From Candidatus Dojkabacteria bacterium (lineage in GTDB: Bacteria; Patescibacteriota; Dojkabacteria; JAHIVN01), in NCBI GenBank assembly GCA_016932045.1, contig JAFGDO010000011.1:71997-124620 (forward strand): a stretch of DNA of 52,624 nucleotides, read 5' to 3'. How positions within the stretch are numbered: position 1 is the first letter of the stretch; each line of letters starts with the position of its first letter. The notes beneath the pieces are model-generated. The model saw only the letters and a list, made by a program, of their open reading frames with translations. It ran no database searches and was not told the DNA's origin. Positions 18,255-27,571 of the stretch are shown here, in pieces. The translations under genes and the position numbers were made by a program.

Positions 18255-18304
18255 AATAAAAAATCCCCTAATCAATATCGATAAAAAAGATAATGATTAA
18301 GGGA
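18255..18304 (-). terminator. Rho-independent terminator (minus strand)
   Basis: As RNA: UCCCUUAAUCA-loop-UGAUUAGGGGA, 11 bp with one G-U (an A-C mismatch on the plus strand), followed by UUUUUUAUU. Confidence 0.65.
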
Positions 18305-18330
18305 CTCTTTGGTCGAACAGAGTTTTTTTT

Positions 18331-18354
18331 GAACGGAATAAATTCCGTTCCTAC
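18331..18354. repeat. REP-like palindrome (third copy)
   Basis: gaacggaat-aa-attccgttc + ctac. The reverse complement gtaggaacggaatttattccgttc is related to the 16500 and 16805 copies. Confidence 0.6.
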
Positions 18355-18705
18355 AAATGTCGTTACCACCTTTATTTATCCAAATGTTGCCACTTGGACC
18401 TTGTTATCCACTGAAAGAATTTGATAAATCAAATTCCTTCGGAAATGGATTATTTCTGTAACGGGAAATCCTGTCCCGCTTAGGGGATGCTCTAGAGGGT
18501 AATTCATTCCGTATATTACAAATTCGCAGGACCATTTGTTTGCTGGGTTGATTCTTGACCACGATAAATCGTGGTTCTACGGAATTACTAGTATCTCTTT
18601 CAAAGCATTTTTTGTATTCTATTTGTTCGATTATAACAGGATGAGAATTAGGTATGCAAATTGCTATGTTATTTCAGTTGAATTTATGCGGGGTTTGAAT
18701 AAACC

Positions 18706-19914
18706 TTATGGTTCGCCAGCTAAGGAATAATAAGTTAATTTCCCTTCTTTTCTTTGAGTTACTATCCCTTCCTCTAGGAGTTGTTTTAAGATGTCCATCC
18801 GCCTTGGTATGTCGGCAAAAAGATCTCTTGGTCGTATACCTTGTGGTCCTGCTTCTTCTATAATATGCAGAATCTGTGCTCTCCTTTCGTTTGTTGAAGC
18901 GGAATTCACTGAACCGGATTCGGCTGCATGTGTTTGTATAAGTTCTGGCACAACAGATCTCCACTCTAACTGAGCCCACTGTGCTGAAAAACCTCTGTCA
19001 TCATTAGCTGTTGCATAGAAAATTGGTTCTATGAGTTCCCTTTTTAATCTATTTCCTAGCTCTGTTATCGAAACAAATGAATGTCTGATTCCTGATTGAA
19101 ATCCTATGTCGTCGCAAATACCATGCTTGGTAAGATATCGAAGAATGTTACTGATGTGGTGTGAAGTAGATTGTTTTACATTAGGGAGACACCTACAGAT
19201 AAAATCTGCACTAACTGTTCCGTATTCGAATAAAATATCGATCACTTGCTGAGATAGTGTCGGTCTGTAATGATATAATGGTGCCATTTCGCGTATCGCT
19301 CCTTGTCTCAACTGATACTGAGTCCAACCTGAATCCTCAAAATCAACAGATTCAAAATTTACGAGTCCGAGTTCGCGTAACTTTGCAAGAGTAGGACCTA
19401 TTACTTTTCTAGATATCCCAATGCTATTTTCGAGTTCTATTTCAGTTATTTCGCTTCCTTCATTTTGAGCAAGTACTCGAAGTATTCTTGTCCGAGTTAT
19501 CGCGGCGGTTATTTCTGTTTTAGAATTTGCTGGTCCAAATATTGTCTGTAATGAGTGAGGTATTCTTAACTCGGTAGCCTGGTGGAGTATGAATCTGGCT
19601 ATAGGCAAGCCATGATTTCTTCCTTGGTCTGTTATCTCATAATACTCTCCGGGTAAGTCTGACTCTTGAACAAGTCCAGCTGGCACTAGTACATTCTGGC
19701 ATGAACCAGCTTGTGATCTTCGATTCATCTGCCAGACTCCACCTGAGACTTCCTGAAAGACATTGTAAAGTTCTGAAGGCGATAATGGACCGCTGTGCTC
19801 AAGTGTTAAAAGTACGACACATCTAGGTGCAGAATTTAACAGTCCTGAGAAGACAGCTCTTGTAAGCTCTGATTCGTGATTATATTGTGTTTCTTGACCT
19901 TGTTCCGCTTCCAA
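18706..19914 (-). CDS. Lys-poor protein built from about four tandem winged-helix (MarR/ArsR-like) modules
   Basis: TTG start. Four repeats follow a helix-turn-helix-wing pattern (e.g. RILRVLAQNEGSEITEIELENSIGISRKVIGPTLAKLRELGLVNFE; AQILHIIEEAGPQGIRPRDLFADIPRRMDILKQLLEEGIVTQRKEGKLTYYSL). Confidence 0.6.
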   Translation of the reverse strand: MEAEQGQETQYNHESELTRAVFSGLLNSAPRCVVLLTLEHSGPLSPSELYNVFQEVSGGVWQMNRRSQAGSCQNVLVPAGLVQESDLPGEYYEITDQGRNHGLPIARFILHQATELRIPHSLQTIFGPANSKTEITAAITRTRILRVLAQNEGSEITEIELENSIGISRKVIGPTLAKLRELGLVNFESVDFEDSGWTQYQLRQGAIREMAPLYHYRPTLSQQVIDILFEYGTVSADFICRCLPNVKQSTSHHISNILRYLTKHGICDDIGFQSGIRHSFVSITELGNRLKRELIEPIFYATANDDRGFSAQWAQLEWRSVVPELIQTHAAESGSVNSASTNERRAQILHIIEEAGPQGIRPRDLFADIPRRMDILKQLLEEGIVTQRKEGKLTYYSLAGEP

Positions 19915-20067
19915 TTTTCTGTATCAGTTGAACTTAAAATATATAATAATTATATCAATCTCATGGTATTTTGTCGAAGTATGTATAATTTATTTCTTTT
20001 ATAAAAGTTTCAAAAGCAGATTTATCCATTTGCAAATTTTTTGTTTCTTGTGCACAATGATTAGGTA

Positions 20068-21165
20068 ATGAATAAACAAGTTAATGCAGTTCTTACAATT
20101 ATAGCAGGCACTATAGGCGTCGGATTTTTGGCACTACCCTACTCTATCCATAAATTCGGAACATGGGGAGGTGTGATTGTACTTGTGATTGTCGGATTTC
20201 TAACGCTAGTTACAAATTTTACGTATAGCGATATTATCACCTCTGATAAAGGCAACAGGCAAATACCTGGTTATACAAAAAAGTATTTAGGTTCTCTACC
20301 GGCTCATATTATTACAGTCATAATCATATTCGGATCACTTGGTATTCTTCTTGCTTATGGTCTTATCTCAGGAAGTGCGCTTAAGGTTATTCTTTCGAGT
20401 GTGGGTATCCGACTTAGTGCTCAATTTCTAGGATTAGTATTTGTCGTGATCTGTATACTTGTTATGAGATACGGCATGCAGATGATTGCAAAGGTTTCGA
20501 GCTGGGCTGTTGTTGCGTTAATCTATGCGATGGTAATTCTTATTATTGTTTCACTTCCAAATGCTTCGTTCTCAAATACTTCAAATCTCGATTTTAGTCA
20601 GTTCTCACTTGTTTTCGGTGTTTCCGTTTTTGCGATGTACTCTGCAGGAACTGTTCCTGTTATAGATGAAATTATCGGGTACAATAGGCAAAAGTATCGC
20701 AAGGTTGTATTGGCAGCGACCCTGTCAATTCTTGTAATTTACATTGTTTTTAGTCTTACGCTTTCTTTAAGCTTTGGTTCTGATTTAACAAGTGAGCTCG
20801 TAGATTCGTTTAAAAGCGAGTTGAAATTCGCTTCGTGGGTTCTTTCTATTCTGACTTTGCTTGCCACATTTACCTCATTCATTCTTGTCGCAAATAATAT
20901 AAAAGAAGTACTTAATTATGACTACAAAGTGAAAAATCGTGTTTGTATCTTCTTGATCTTAGCTGTTCTTATCTGGGCTTTGATTCTGAATATATCTGAT
21001 TTTGAGACTTTGGTTTCTACTGTTGGGAATCTTTCTTTAGCCCTGCAAAGTCTTGCTATATTTGCTATTTGGTTTAAGTCTAGACAAAGCAAGAACCTTT
21101 TGTATAAAATCCTTGTTGCAGGATCAGGAGCGATTCTTGTTTTGAGCATCATACTCCAGATATAG
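20068..21165 (+). CDS. Amino-acid transporter (Aa_trans/aromatic amino acid permease-like), about 11 TM
   Basis: NAVLTIIAGTIGVGFLALPYSIHKFG N-terminal signature; polytopic hydrophobic profile. Confidence 0.65.
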   Translation: MNKQVNAVLTIIAGTIGVGFLALPYSIHKFGTWGGVIVLVIVGFLTLVTNFTYSDIITSDKGNRQIPGYTKKYLGSLPAHIITVIIIFGSLGILLAYGLISGSALKVILSSVGIRLSAQFLGLVFVVICILVMRYGMQMIAKVSSWAVVALIYAMVILIIVSLPNASFSNTSNLDFSQFSLVFGVSVFAMYSAGTVPVIDEIIGYNRQKYRKVVLAATLSILVIYIVFSLTLSLSFGSDLTSELVDSFKSELKFASWVLSILTLLATFTSFILVANNIKEVLNYDYKVKNRVCIFLILAVLIWALILNISDFETLVSTVGNLSLALQSLAIFAIWFKSRQSKNLLYKILVAGSGAILVLSIILQI

Positions 21166-21188
21166 GTTTAGAATTTTACCCTTACATC

Positions 21189-21764
21189 ATGAGCTATTTA
21201 AAAGCTTTACAAATTTTAAAAAATGGCGGCCTCATCGTTTTTCCTTGTGATACTGTAATGGGAGTAGGATGTGCTATGGATAAACCGGAAGCCATTGAAA
21301 GACTTTACAAAGTCAAGAGGCGACAAAAGGATCAGGCTACTGCTGTTCTCGTGTCAGATAGCAAAATGGCTGAGAGTTTAATGACAGATGAAACGGATGA
21401 ATTCCTAAAGAATATATTTAAGAATCACTGGCCTGGTGCTTTGACGGTTGTTGTGAAAGCCTCAGATATCGTTCCTCGTTCGATTTGTGGGGGAACAAAT
21501 TTTGTAGGTGTGCGAGTACCGGATCATCCAAGCTTGCAGGAACTCATTAAAGAATTAGGAACCCCGCTTGTTGCAACTTCAGCTAACTTCAAAGGTGAAG
21601 AAGCGCCGGTAAAATTCGCTGAAGTAAGCAAGGAATTTCTTTCTCTTGTTGACTTTGCTATCCCTGAAGACAGTACAGGCACAGTTGCCTCAACTGTGAT
21701 TAAGCATCTTGGGGAGGGAAGGGTTGAGTATCTGAGAAGAGGAAGCGTTTCGATTAAAAATTAA
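21189..21764 (+). CDS. tsaC: L-threonylcarbamoyladenylate synthase (YrdC/TsaC type)
   Basis: GGLIVFPCDTVMGVGC...WPGALTVV...VGVRVPDHP...PLVATSANFKGE. Confidence 0.85.
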   Translation: MSYLKALQILKNGGLIVFPCDTVMGVGCAMDKPEAIERLYKVKRRQKDQATAVLVSDSKMAESLMTDETDEFLKNIFKNHWPGALTVVVKASDIVPRSICGGTNFVGVRVPDHPSLQELIKELGTPLVATSANFKGEEAPVKFAEVSKEFLSLVDFAIPEDSTGTVASTVIKHLGEGRVEYLRRGSVSIKN

Positions 21765-21942
21765 GAATTGAAAATTATTCGAAGCTATGATTGTTCAAAT
21801 ATTCAATGAGAATTGCCGGATGGCTGAACTGCCACCTTATCCCATCTACTTTTTTACCTTGTGCCGTCCCCTTTCCATATTGGGATGTAATGTTATATAA
21901 TAGTAATATTATTTACTGCCTTCCTTTTTTAATGTTCCAACA

Positions 21943-22881
21943 ATGGAAGGATCACCCGAAGGGGCCACAATAAGTGTTTTAGATGTTTCTTCTCCAGAGG
22001 CTCCTGCACAAGGAGCTATTCTAAAAGAGCAGTCGGCAGGACAATCAGGTATGTTGACTCTGTCTCATTTTGAGCGCAGGAGCGAATTAGGAATGGCAGA
22101 TATGAGGCAGGTTTTTGGAAATGTATTATTAGGGACAGCCGGCGTTTTGTTAGTAGCAGCAGCGGTTGGGGTTTTGTCTTCAGTTGATCAGCAAACAAGG
22201 TCAGTAGAGGCGACAAGTGTTGCATTTGCGGCGGCTTCACAAGCAGGTCAAGGGCACTACATCGAAGTTACGGCAGTACCTGGGCATGGTCCTGCTTGGA
22301 GTTGCCTGCAGGTTGGTTGGCCAGAGGATTGGAATGCTCGAGAAGACTGTGCACAGCAAGTTATTGATGCTGATGGTGCATTGGTAGGGAGGCGTCCTTT
22401 GAGATTTAACGAGCAATTGAAGGTACCGAGACCGCCTGTACCTACAGTTGAGGGGGCTCCATCTCCTGCTTCAACAGCAGAAGCTTCAACGAGTACACCT
22501 GAACCAACAAGAACCCCTGAAGCAACAGATACGCCAACTCCTTCACCTACGCCAACAGAAATGGCAACAAGGACACCTGTTCCGGAAGGTACTGCGACTC
22601 CGACAACAGGAGGAGAGACAATGTATGCTGATGGTGAAGTTCCACTTAAAGGTCAGATTCTAGACATTGGCGGTTTTTGTTTTGGCGGTTTTTCATTTTT
22701 TACTGCTGCTGGAGCAGTAGCGAAAATTTTTGGAAGCTTTCTTCCTGGTGTGTTGGGAGAAGGCGCAGGCATTATTGGAGAAGCCCTTCTGATGCCTCTC
22801 AAAGTAGTAATGGGGGCTGTTGCGTGGCCTTTTAAAAAGCTAGGTCAGGCGCTGGGGATTGTGAAGGAGAAGAAGGAGTAA
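21943..22881 (+). CDS. Lys-poor membrane protein with a Pro/Thr-rich linker
   Basis: N-terminal about 57 aa, then TM (VLLGTAGVLLVAAAVGVL). A possible degenerate LysM-like segment (HYIEVTAVPGHGPAWSCL...RFNEQLKVP), a PT-rich linker and a Gly-rich hydrophobic C-terminus. Confidence 0.55.
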   Translation: MEGSPEGATISVLDVSSPEAPAQGAILKEQSAGQSGMLTLSHFERRSELGMADMRQVFGNVLLGTAGVLLVAAAVGVLSSVDQQTRSVEATSVAFAAASQAGQGHYIEVTAVPGHGPAWSCLQVGWPEDWNAREDCAQQVIDADGALVGRRPLRFNEQLKVPRPPVPTVEGAPSPASTAEASTSTPEPTRTPEATDTPTPSPTPTEMATRTPVPEGTATPTTGGETMYADGEVPLKGQILDIGGFCFGGFSFFTAAGAVAKIFGSFLPGVLGEGAGIIGEALLMPLKVVMGAVAWPFKKLGQALGIVKEKKE

Positions 22882-22907
22882 TATAAATCAAATATATCCA
22901 AGTTGTC

Positions 22908-23351
22908 TTACTCCAGTTCGCGGATTCTTTCGGTAAATTCTCTCGGATATTTCACTTTCAGTAGATCAGCAGCTTCTTTTGGGGAAAACCAGTTGTAGGC
23001 TATGTGTTCATCGCTAAGTTTGATCTCAAAATCTCCTTCAACTTCACAAATATATACAGAAAGTATGAGACCAACACTCTCATTTTCACTTATGGGTATG
23101 CGTACATTTGATAAAACCATAGAAAGAGGTTTTAGTCTTTTTATGTTTGTTATCCCTGTTTCCTCTGCTACTTCACGTTTCAATGTTTTTTCAACAGTTG
23201 ACTCTCTATGAATTCGGCCTCCGGGAATATCCCAATATGGCTCACCATCGTATCCCTTAAGTTCTTTTGGATTTGTTTGAAGAAGCAGGATTTCTCCTTT
23301 TTTGTTTCTGATAAGGGCTTTTATGCCAAGATGAAATGAATCTTCGTTCAT
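22908..23351 (-). CDS. NUDIX hydrolase
   Basis: Nudix box GGRIHRESTVEKTLKREVAEETGI. Confidence 0.85.
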   Translation of the reverse strand: MNEDSFHLGIKALIRNKKGEILLLQTNPKELKGYDGEPYWDIPGGRIHRESTVEKTLKREVAEETGITNIKRLKPLSMVLSNVRIPISENESVGLILSVYICEVEGDFEIKLSDEHIAYNWFSPKEAADLLKVKYPREFTERIRELE

Positions 23352-23487
23352 GATGATTAATTATAGTATAGCTGGAAGGTGTAGCCAAGAAACGTATGAA
23401 CTTGAATTATACTGGAGTGATTTACACCTAATATAAGTTTCTAGAAAAGGAACTGTCAGGTTTAAATCATTCTATGGTTCAATCCAC

Positions 23488-23796
23488 TCAATCTTTACCT
23501 CTAAATATCAATGAAGCGATTGAGGGAACAGCACGTTTTACTTCTTCAAACAGATTTATAATAGTTCCTGTGTCCCCTGTTTGAGGATATTCAAGTTTTA
23601 TTGCGGAAATAGAAAAAGGTTTTCTTAGTTCGATATTTGATATCATTGCAAGATCAGCATTACTGAGCTCTGAAGTAATAATAACAACTTGGCTCTTATG
23701 GAATAATTCTTCAAATTTATGCCTCGAAAACATATATCCATTCGTATCAAAATCTGGAAGAAGTTTATGTAGGGGAACTATTGTAAATTTTGTCAT
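23488..23796 (-). CDS. Hypothetical protein
   Basis: 102-aa ATG ORF; no motif recognised. Confidence 0.4.
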   Translation of the reverse strand: MTKFTIVPLHKLLPDFDTNGYMFSRHKFEELFHKSQVVIITSELSNADLAMISNIELRKPFSISAIKLEYPQTGDTGTIINLFEEVKRAVPSIASLIFRGKD

Positions 23797-24042
23797 GGAT
23801 AATATTTGGCCAACAATGTAAGTTAAAGTGGCATAATTTGGTATCTTGTATACTTTTATTATACCACGGTCAATATTTCTTTCCAGTTCTATTATTAAAT
23901 TACCACTTTTGTGTCCTAGCTTATAGTATATAAACTCTTTATTTTTAGGAGGACTAATAATGCCATTAGTTACTATATTGTTAGTATATATAACTCACCT
24001 AAGATTCTATATTTATGTTATAATTAGCACATAGTAACTGCT

Positions 24043-24987
24043 GTGAAGAGAAGGGAGGCTTATAGTAAGATGGAAACTTATATAATTCTTACAATTATTC
24101 TCTGCCTGACACTGCTCTTCCTAGCCTTTATGGCTAAACTCATTGACCTCGACTTCGAATGGCCCGAAGGTAAAAAGATTCCCAAGATAAAACTTACGTT
24201 TAAAAAAGATCCGGAACTCTTTGGATTTATGAAAAGATCGAAAGATACTAGAAAGAAAAAGCAAGGATCTTCGAGGAAAGATAAAGAAGTACAGGAAGTG
24301 AAAGAAAAGATGGATTATTCTGAGAAGTGTTTTCTAGGAACCGCTATTATTAAGTATGGAGAAGATGCAACTACTTTGTGTAAATGCGATACTGTAATCG
24401 AAGCACTGAAGGATGATATTGACAAGTTTTATTATCATAATAATGACAGTGAAGCAAAAATTAAATGTATAAGCGGTTTTCTAGATACAAATTCTGGTTT
24501 TAAGAAGTTCCGCGACTTTGATTCATGGGATACAACAAGTTCAAAGGGATCTTTCCTTGGTGCTCACAGGATCATTCTACCGATCAATAGATTGAAGAAA
24601 GGTGAGAAAAAGAAACTCCAATATGATCTCCAACTATTTGGACGCTACCTAGAATGTCTTTCAAGTTCCGATAGAGTATCTCACGCTTTCTTCTTCCGTA
24701 TGAATTCGGATACGAATGGTGCAGTTTTACTATTCAAGATACCTGTTGGAAAATACTCAGAGGTTTATCAATTTGATTTACAAATTATTGATAATGGGAA
24801 GATACTTTTCAAAGAGAGTTATAAGGATTTAAATAATAATGTTTTTACTGTTGGAGAAAAGTTTGGTAATGCGTGGGTTAAGATGGATAAAAAATATATT
24901 CATGTTTTCTGGAGTATACCTTCTACTTTAGAAAGAGGATATATTTGTCGACTTGATTGGTTTAATCAAAGAAAAAGGGGCGATTAA
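24043..24987 (+). CDS. Membrane-anchored hypothetical protein
   Basis: The track start is GTG. The ATG at 24070 (METYIILTIILCLTLLFLAFMAK) follows GGGAGG by 11 nt and is the likelier start. Confidence 0.6.
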   Translation: MKRREAYSKMETYIILTIILCLTLLFLAFMAKLIDLDFEWPEGKKIPKIKLTFKKDPELFGFMKRSKDTRKKKQGSSRKDKEVQEVKEKMDYSEKCFLGTAIIKYGEDATTLCKCDTVIEALKDDIDKFYYHNNDSEAKIKCISGFLDTNSGFKKFRDFDSWDTTSSKGSFLGAHRIILPINRLKKGEKKKLQYDLQLFGRYLECLSSSDRVSHAFFFRMNSDTNGAVLLFKIPVGKYSEVYQFDLQIIDNGKILFKESYKDLNNNVFTVGEKFGNAWVKMDKKYIHVFWSIPSTLERGYICRLDWFNQRKRGD

Positions 24988-25002
24988 AATGTCCGCCCCT
25001 TT
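24974..25002 (+). terminator. GC-rich hairpin spanning the stop codon (terminator-like, no U tract)
   Basis: AAAGGGGCG-11 nt-CGCCCCTTT, a 9-bp perfect stem. Confidence 0.35.
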
Positions 25003-25297
25003 AAAGATGGAGGATAGTTATCCAGCACCAGCAATTCCGTCTTTTACGACGTTTCCCATTTTTTAAAAGATAATAAATAAAATACACTAAGTAGTGTATT
25101 TTCAAGGTATGGTAAAAAGGTTAACTTTTTTAATATGCTTTTAAGCATGAGGCAGGTTGTAAATTATACTTAAATTCTCTGGTAATAACCAGCCTAACAC
25201 CGCACTTTTAGCTTGTCAAGTTTCATATATAGAGCCATTCCATATTTACAAACAAATAATTCTTATTCAGGTGTAAAGTTTTTTTCAGGCGAAATAC

Positions 25298-26173
25298 TTA
25301 ATAGGCTTTTGTAAGTTCATCGATGAACTTTTGAGTGATCTTTGGGAGAAAAGTGGACTTAAGATAAATAAGTGAAAGCTGTCTTTTAAAACGTATGTTA
25401 TTCAATCTTACTTTCTTGATTGTTTCAGTTCGCAAGTCGTCAATCACAAAACTTTCTGGAAGAACAGCAAGTCCTGAACCTTGTTTGACCATCTGAAGGA
25501 TAAAGTCGGGACTTGAGGAATAAGCTATATAATTTACGTTTATATTTTTTTTCTTAAGTAAAGTATCTATAAGTTTATGAGTAGTCGAATTTTGGTTGTA
25601 ACTAATAAAGTTTTTTCCACGCAAATCGGACAGGTTTTTTATATTTTGGACATTTATGGGTAGACCGACTAGCGACATTTCCTCTGAAATAAATTTCTTT
25701 TGGATAATTCTCAATGGGAATTTTCTTGTACCTTTTGTTATAATTGCAAAATCTATAGTTCCCTTTTCTACTTCCTCAATAAGCATTTCTGAGTTATTAA
25801 CTTGGATCTGAAGATGAATGTTTTTGTGGTGGTCTAGGAATCTCTTGTATATTTTACTTACGAATAGTAATCCAAGGTTATCTATCATTCCCATTCTGAT
25901 GTTTAGGACCATTGCTCTGTTCTCTTCGGCTATCTTCGCTCGCAGGTTATTGAAATCAGTTTTCATCCTTTTCGCATAATCATATACAAGATTGCCGAAT
26001 TTTGTTGGAACTACGCCGCTTCTGCTTCTTATAAGAAGTTTACAGCCGAGTCTTTTTTCGAGTTTTTTGATTGAAATAGTCAAAGCCGGTTGCGAAAGGT
26101 GCAATTCTTGAGAAGCTTTTGTGAGATTTCCTATTTCTACAACCTTTTGAAAGTTCTGTAAGGCATAAAACAT
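25298..26173 (-). CDS. LysR family transcriptional regulator
   Basis: N-terminal LysR HTH (FQKVVEIGNLTKASQELHLSQPALTISIKKLEKRLGCKLLIRS) plus a substrate-binding domain. Confidence 0.9.
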   Translation of the reverse strand: MFYALQNFQKVVEIGNLTKASQELHLSQPALTISIKKLEKRLGCKLLIRSRSGVVPTKFGNLVYDYAKRMKTDFNNLRAKIAEENRAMVLNIRMGMIDNLGLLFVSKIYKRFLDHHKNIHLQIQVNNSEMLIEEVEKGTIDFAIITKGTRKFPLRIIQKKFISEEMSLVGLPINVQNIKNLSDLRGKNFISYNQNSTTHKLIDTLLKKKNINVNYIAYSSSPDFILQMVKQGSGLAVLPESFVIDDLRTETIKKVRLNNIRFKRQLSLIYLKSTFLPKITQKFIDELTKAY

Positions 26174-26398
26174 AAAAAATACTTATTGATGAATAAAATT
26201 AATATATTTTACTTATGGAATTTTACCGATTATTATAAACAATGGCAAATTAATTTGGGGCGTTAGGGCAGATGTTTAAATTTAGCATTTGCTATTATAA
26301 CAGTATTTATTCAATTTGTCATTTTTTAAATATAAGAATTTTTCAGATATATTTCTGTTTTTAGCAGTATTTTAATTTAATTATTATTTATTTATATT

Positions 26399-27490
26399 AT
26401 GAGTGAGAAAATAAAGGTTGCCATAGTGGGGCTTGGAAACTGCGCATCATCTTTAGTGCAGGGAATTGAGTACTATAAGAATGCGAAAGAAAATGAATTT
26501 GTGCCGGGTCTTATGCATGTAAATCTTGGGGGGTATCATGTCAGAGATGTTGAGTTTGTAGCAGCATTTGAAGTGAATGCAAAAAAGGTAGGGAAAGATA
26601 TAGGTGAAGCTATTTTTGCTGAACCAAATAATTCTGATGTCTTCGCAAAAGTAGGAAAAATCGGTGCTAAGGTATATAAAGCACCGGTGATGGATGGGAT
26701 AAACAAATATTTAGCCGAGGTCATCCCGATTTCAAAGAGGAAAGACGTTGATGCTGTTAAGGTTCTTAAGCAAACAGGTGCTGAAATTGTACTGAATTAT
26801 CTTCCTGTAGGTAGCGAAAAAGCAACTAGATTCTGGGCCGATGCTTGTATAAAAGCAGGTATTGGATTTATTAACTGCATTCCTGTTTTTATAGCCTCAG
26901 ACAAAAAGTGGGCGAAAAAGTTTGAAGATGCTGGCTTGCCTGTTATAGGCGATGATATAAAAGCTCAAGTGGGTGCTACTATTACACACAGAACTTTAGT
27001 GAATCTTTTTCTAGATAGAGGTATGCCGATTGATAGAACTTATCAGCTCAATACCGGTGGAAACTGTGATTTTCTCAATATGCTTGAGAGGGAACGATTA
27101 AAGAACAAAAAAATCTCAAAGACAAATGCTGTAAAATCACAGATTGAAGCCAGAGGATTAAAAATCAGGGATGAAGATATTCATATAGGTCCGTCTGATT
27201 ATGTACCTTGGCAAAAGGATAATAAGGTTTGCTTTATAAGAATTGAAAGCAGAAACTTTGGGAATTTGCCGCATGACATTGAAGTTAGATTATCTGTTGC
27301 TGATTCTCCAAATTCTGCGGGAGTTGTAATAGACGCTATAAGATGTATGAAGTTAGCTCTAAATAATGGCTTAAAAGGAGCTTTAATTGAGCCATCAGCA
27401 TATTTCAAGAAATCGCCTCCGAAGCAGTTTGAGGATAGGCAGGCAAGAAGGATGGTGGAAGAGTATATTGAGAGATATGGAAAGAAATAA
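26399..27490 (+). CDS. ino1: myo-Inositol-1-phosphate synthase
   Basis: [22 protein letters not shown]...[33 protein letters not shown] closely resembles actinobacterial/archaeal-type Ino1. Confidence 0.85.
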   Translation: MSEKIKVAIVGLGNCASSLVQGIEYYKNAKENEFVPGLMHVNLGGYHVRDVEFVAAFEVNAKKVGKDIGEAIFAEPNNSDVFAKVGKIGAKVYKAPVMDGINKYLAEVIPISKRKDVDAVKVLKQTGAEIVLNYLPVGSEKATRFWADACIKAGIGFINCIPVFIASDKKWAKKFEDAGLPVIGDDIKAQVGATITHRTLVNLFLDRGMPIDRTYQLNTGGNCDFLNMLERERLKNKKISKTNAVKSQIEARGLKIRDEDIHIGPSDYVPWQKDNKVCFIRIESRNFGNLPHDIEVRLSVADSPNSAGVVIDAIRCMKLALNNGLKGALIEPSAYFKKSPPKQFEDRQARRMVEEYIERYGKK

Positions 27491-27571
27491 TTGTTGCATG
27501 ACTGCATTGTTTCATTATTATAATTGTATATTGACGATTAAAGATATAAGTATAGTTGAGATTCACTGCTC

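Larger units (their letters stand above)
18255..18659 (-). promoter_or_regulatory. Candidate T-box (tRNA-Tyr) leader upstream of tyrS, including its promoter
   Basis: TTGCAT (18659-18654)-N18-TGT-TATAAT (18635-18630). AGUA and GAAU-UAC loop (UAC at 18501-18499); CCGUUA F-box-like (18464-18459); Stem III hairpin (18398-18379). AUAAAGG-UGGUAAC-GAC (18375-18359) resembles the T-box; it can pair with CCUUAAU of the terminator 5' arm, leaving a 7-nt UGGUAAC bulge. Confidence 0.45.

Noticed and set aside
18255-18659. Whether the ~370-nt structured region is RNase P RNA, tmRNA, SRP RNA or 6S RNA
   Set aside because: I found none of the defining motifs. There is no GAGGAAAGUCC or ACAGAA-N-CGGCUUA context (RNase P), no GGGG...tRNA-like CCA end or tag ORF (tmRNA), and no GGAA-tetraloop/AGCA symmetric-loop motif (SRP). 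The T-box-type logic next to tyrS explains more of the sequence.
17861-18979. ORFs 17861-18256(+), 18536-18730(+) and 18674-18979(-) in and around the tyrS upstream gap
   Set aside because: They are low-complexity or antisense to tyrS and ORF 18706-19914. They overlap the hairpins, promoter and terminator of the candidate leader RNA and have no coding-like composition.
21791-21973. 60-aa ORF upstream of and overlapping the start of 21943-22881
   Set aside because: It lies in the promoter/5' region (containing TTATATAAT) of the downstream gene. It has an aromatic-rich, unlikely composition and overlaps the better-supported ATG at 21943.
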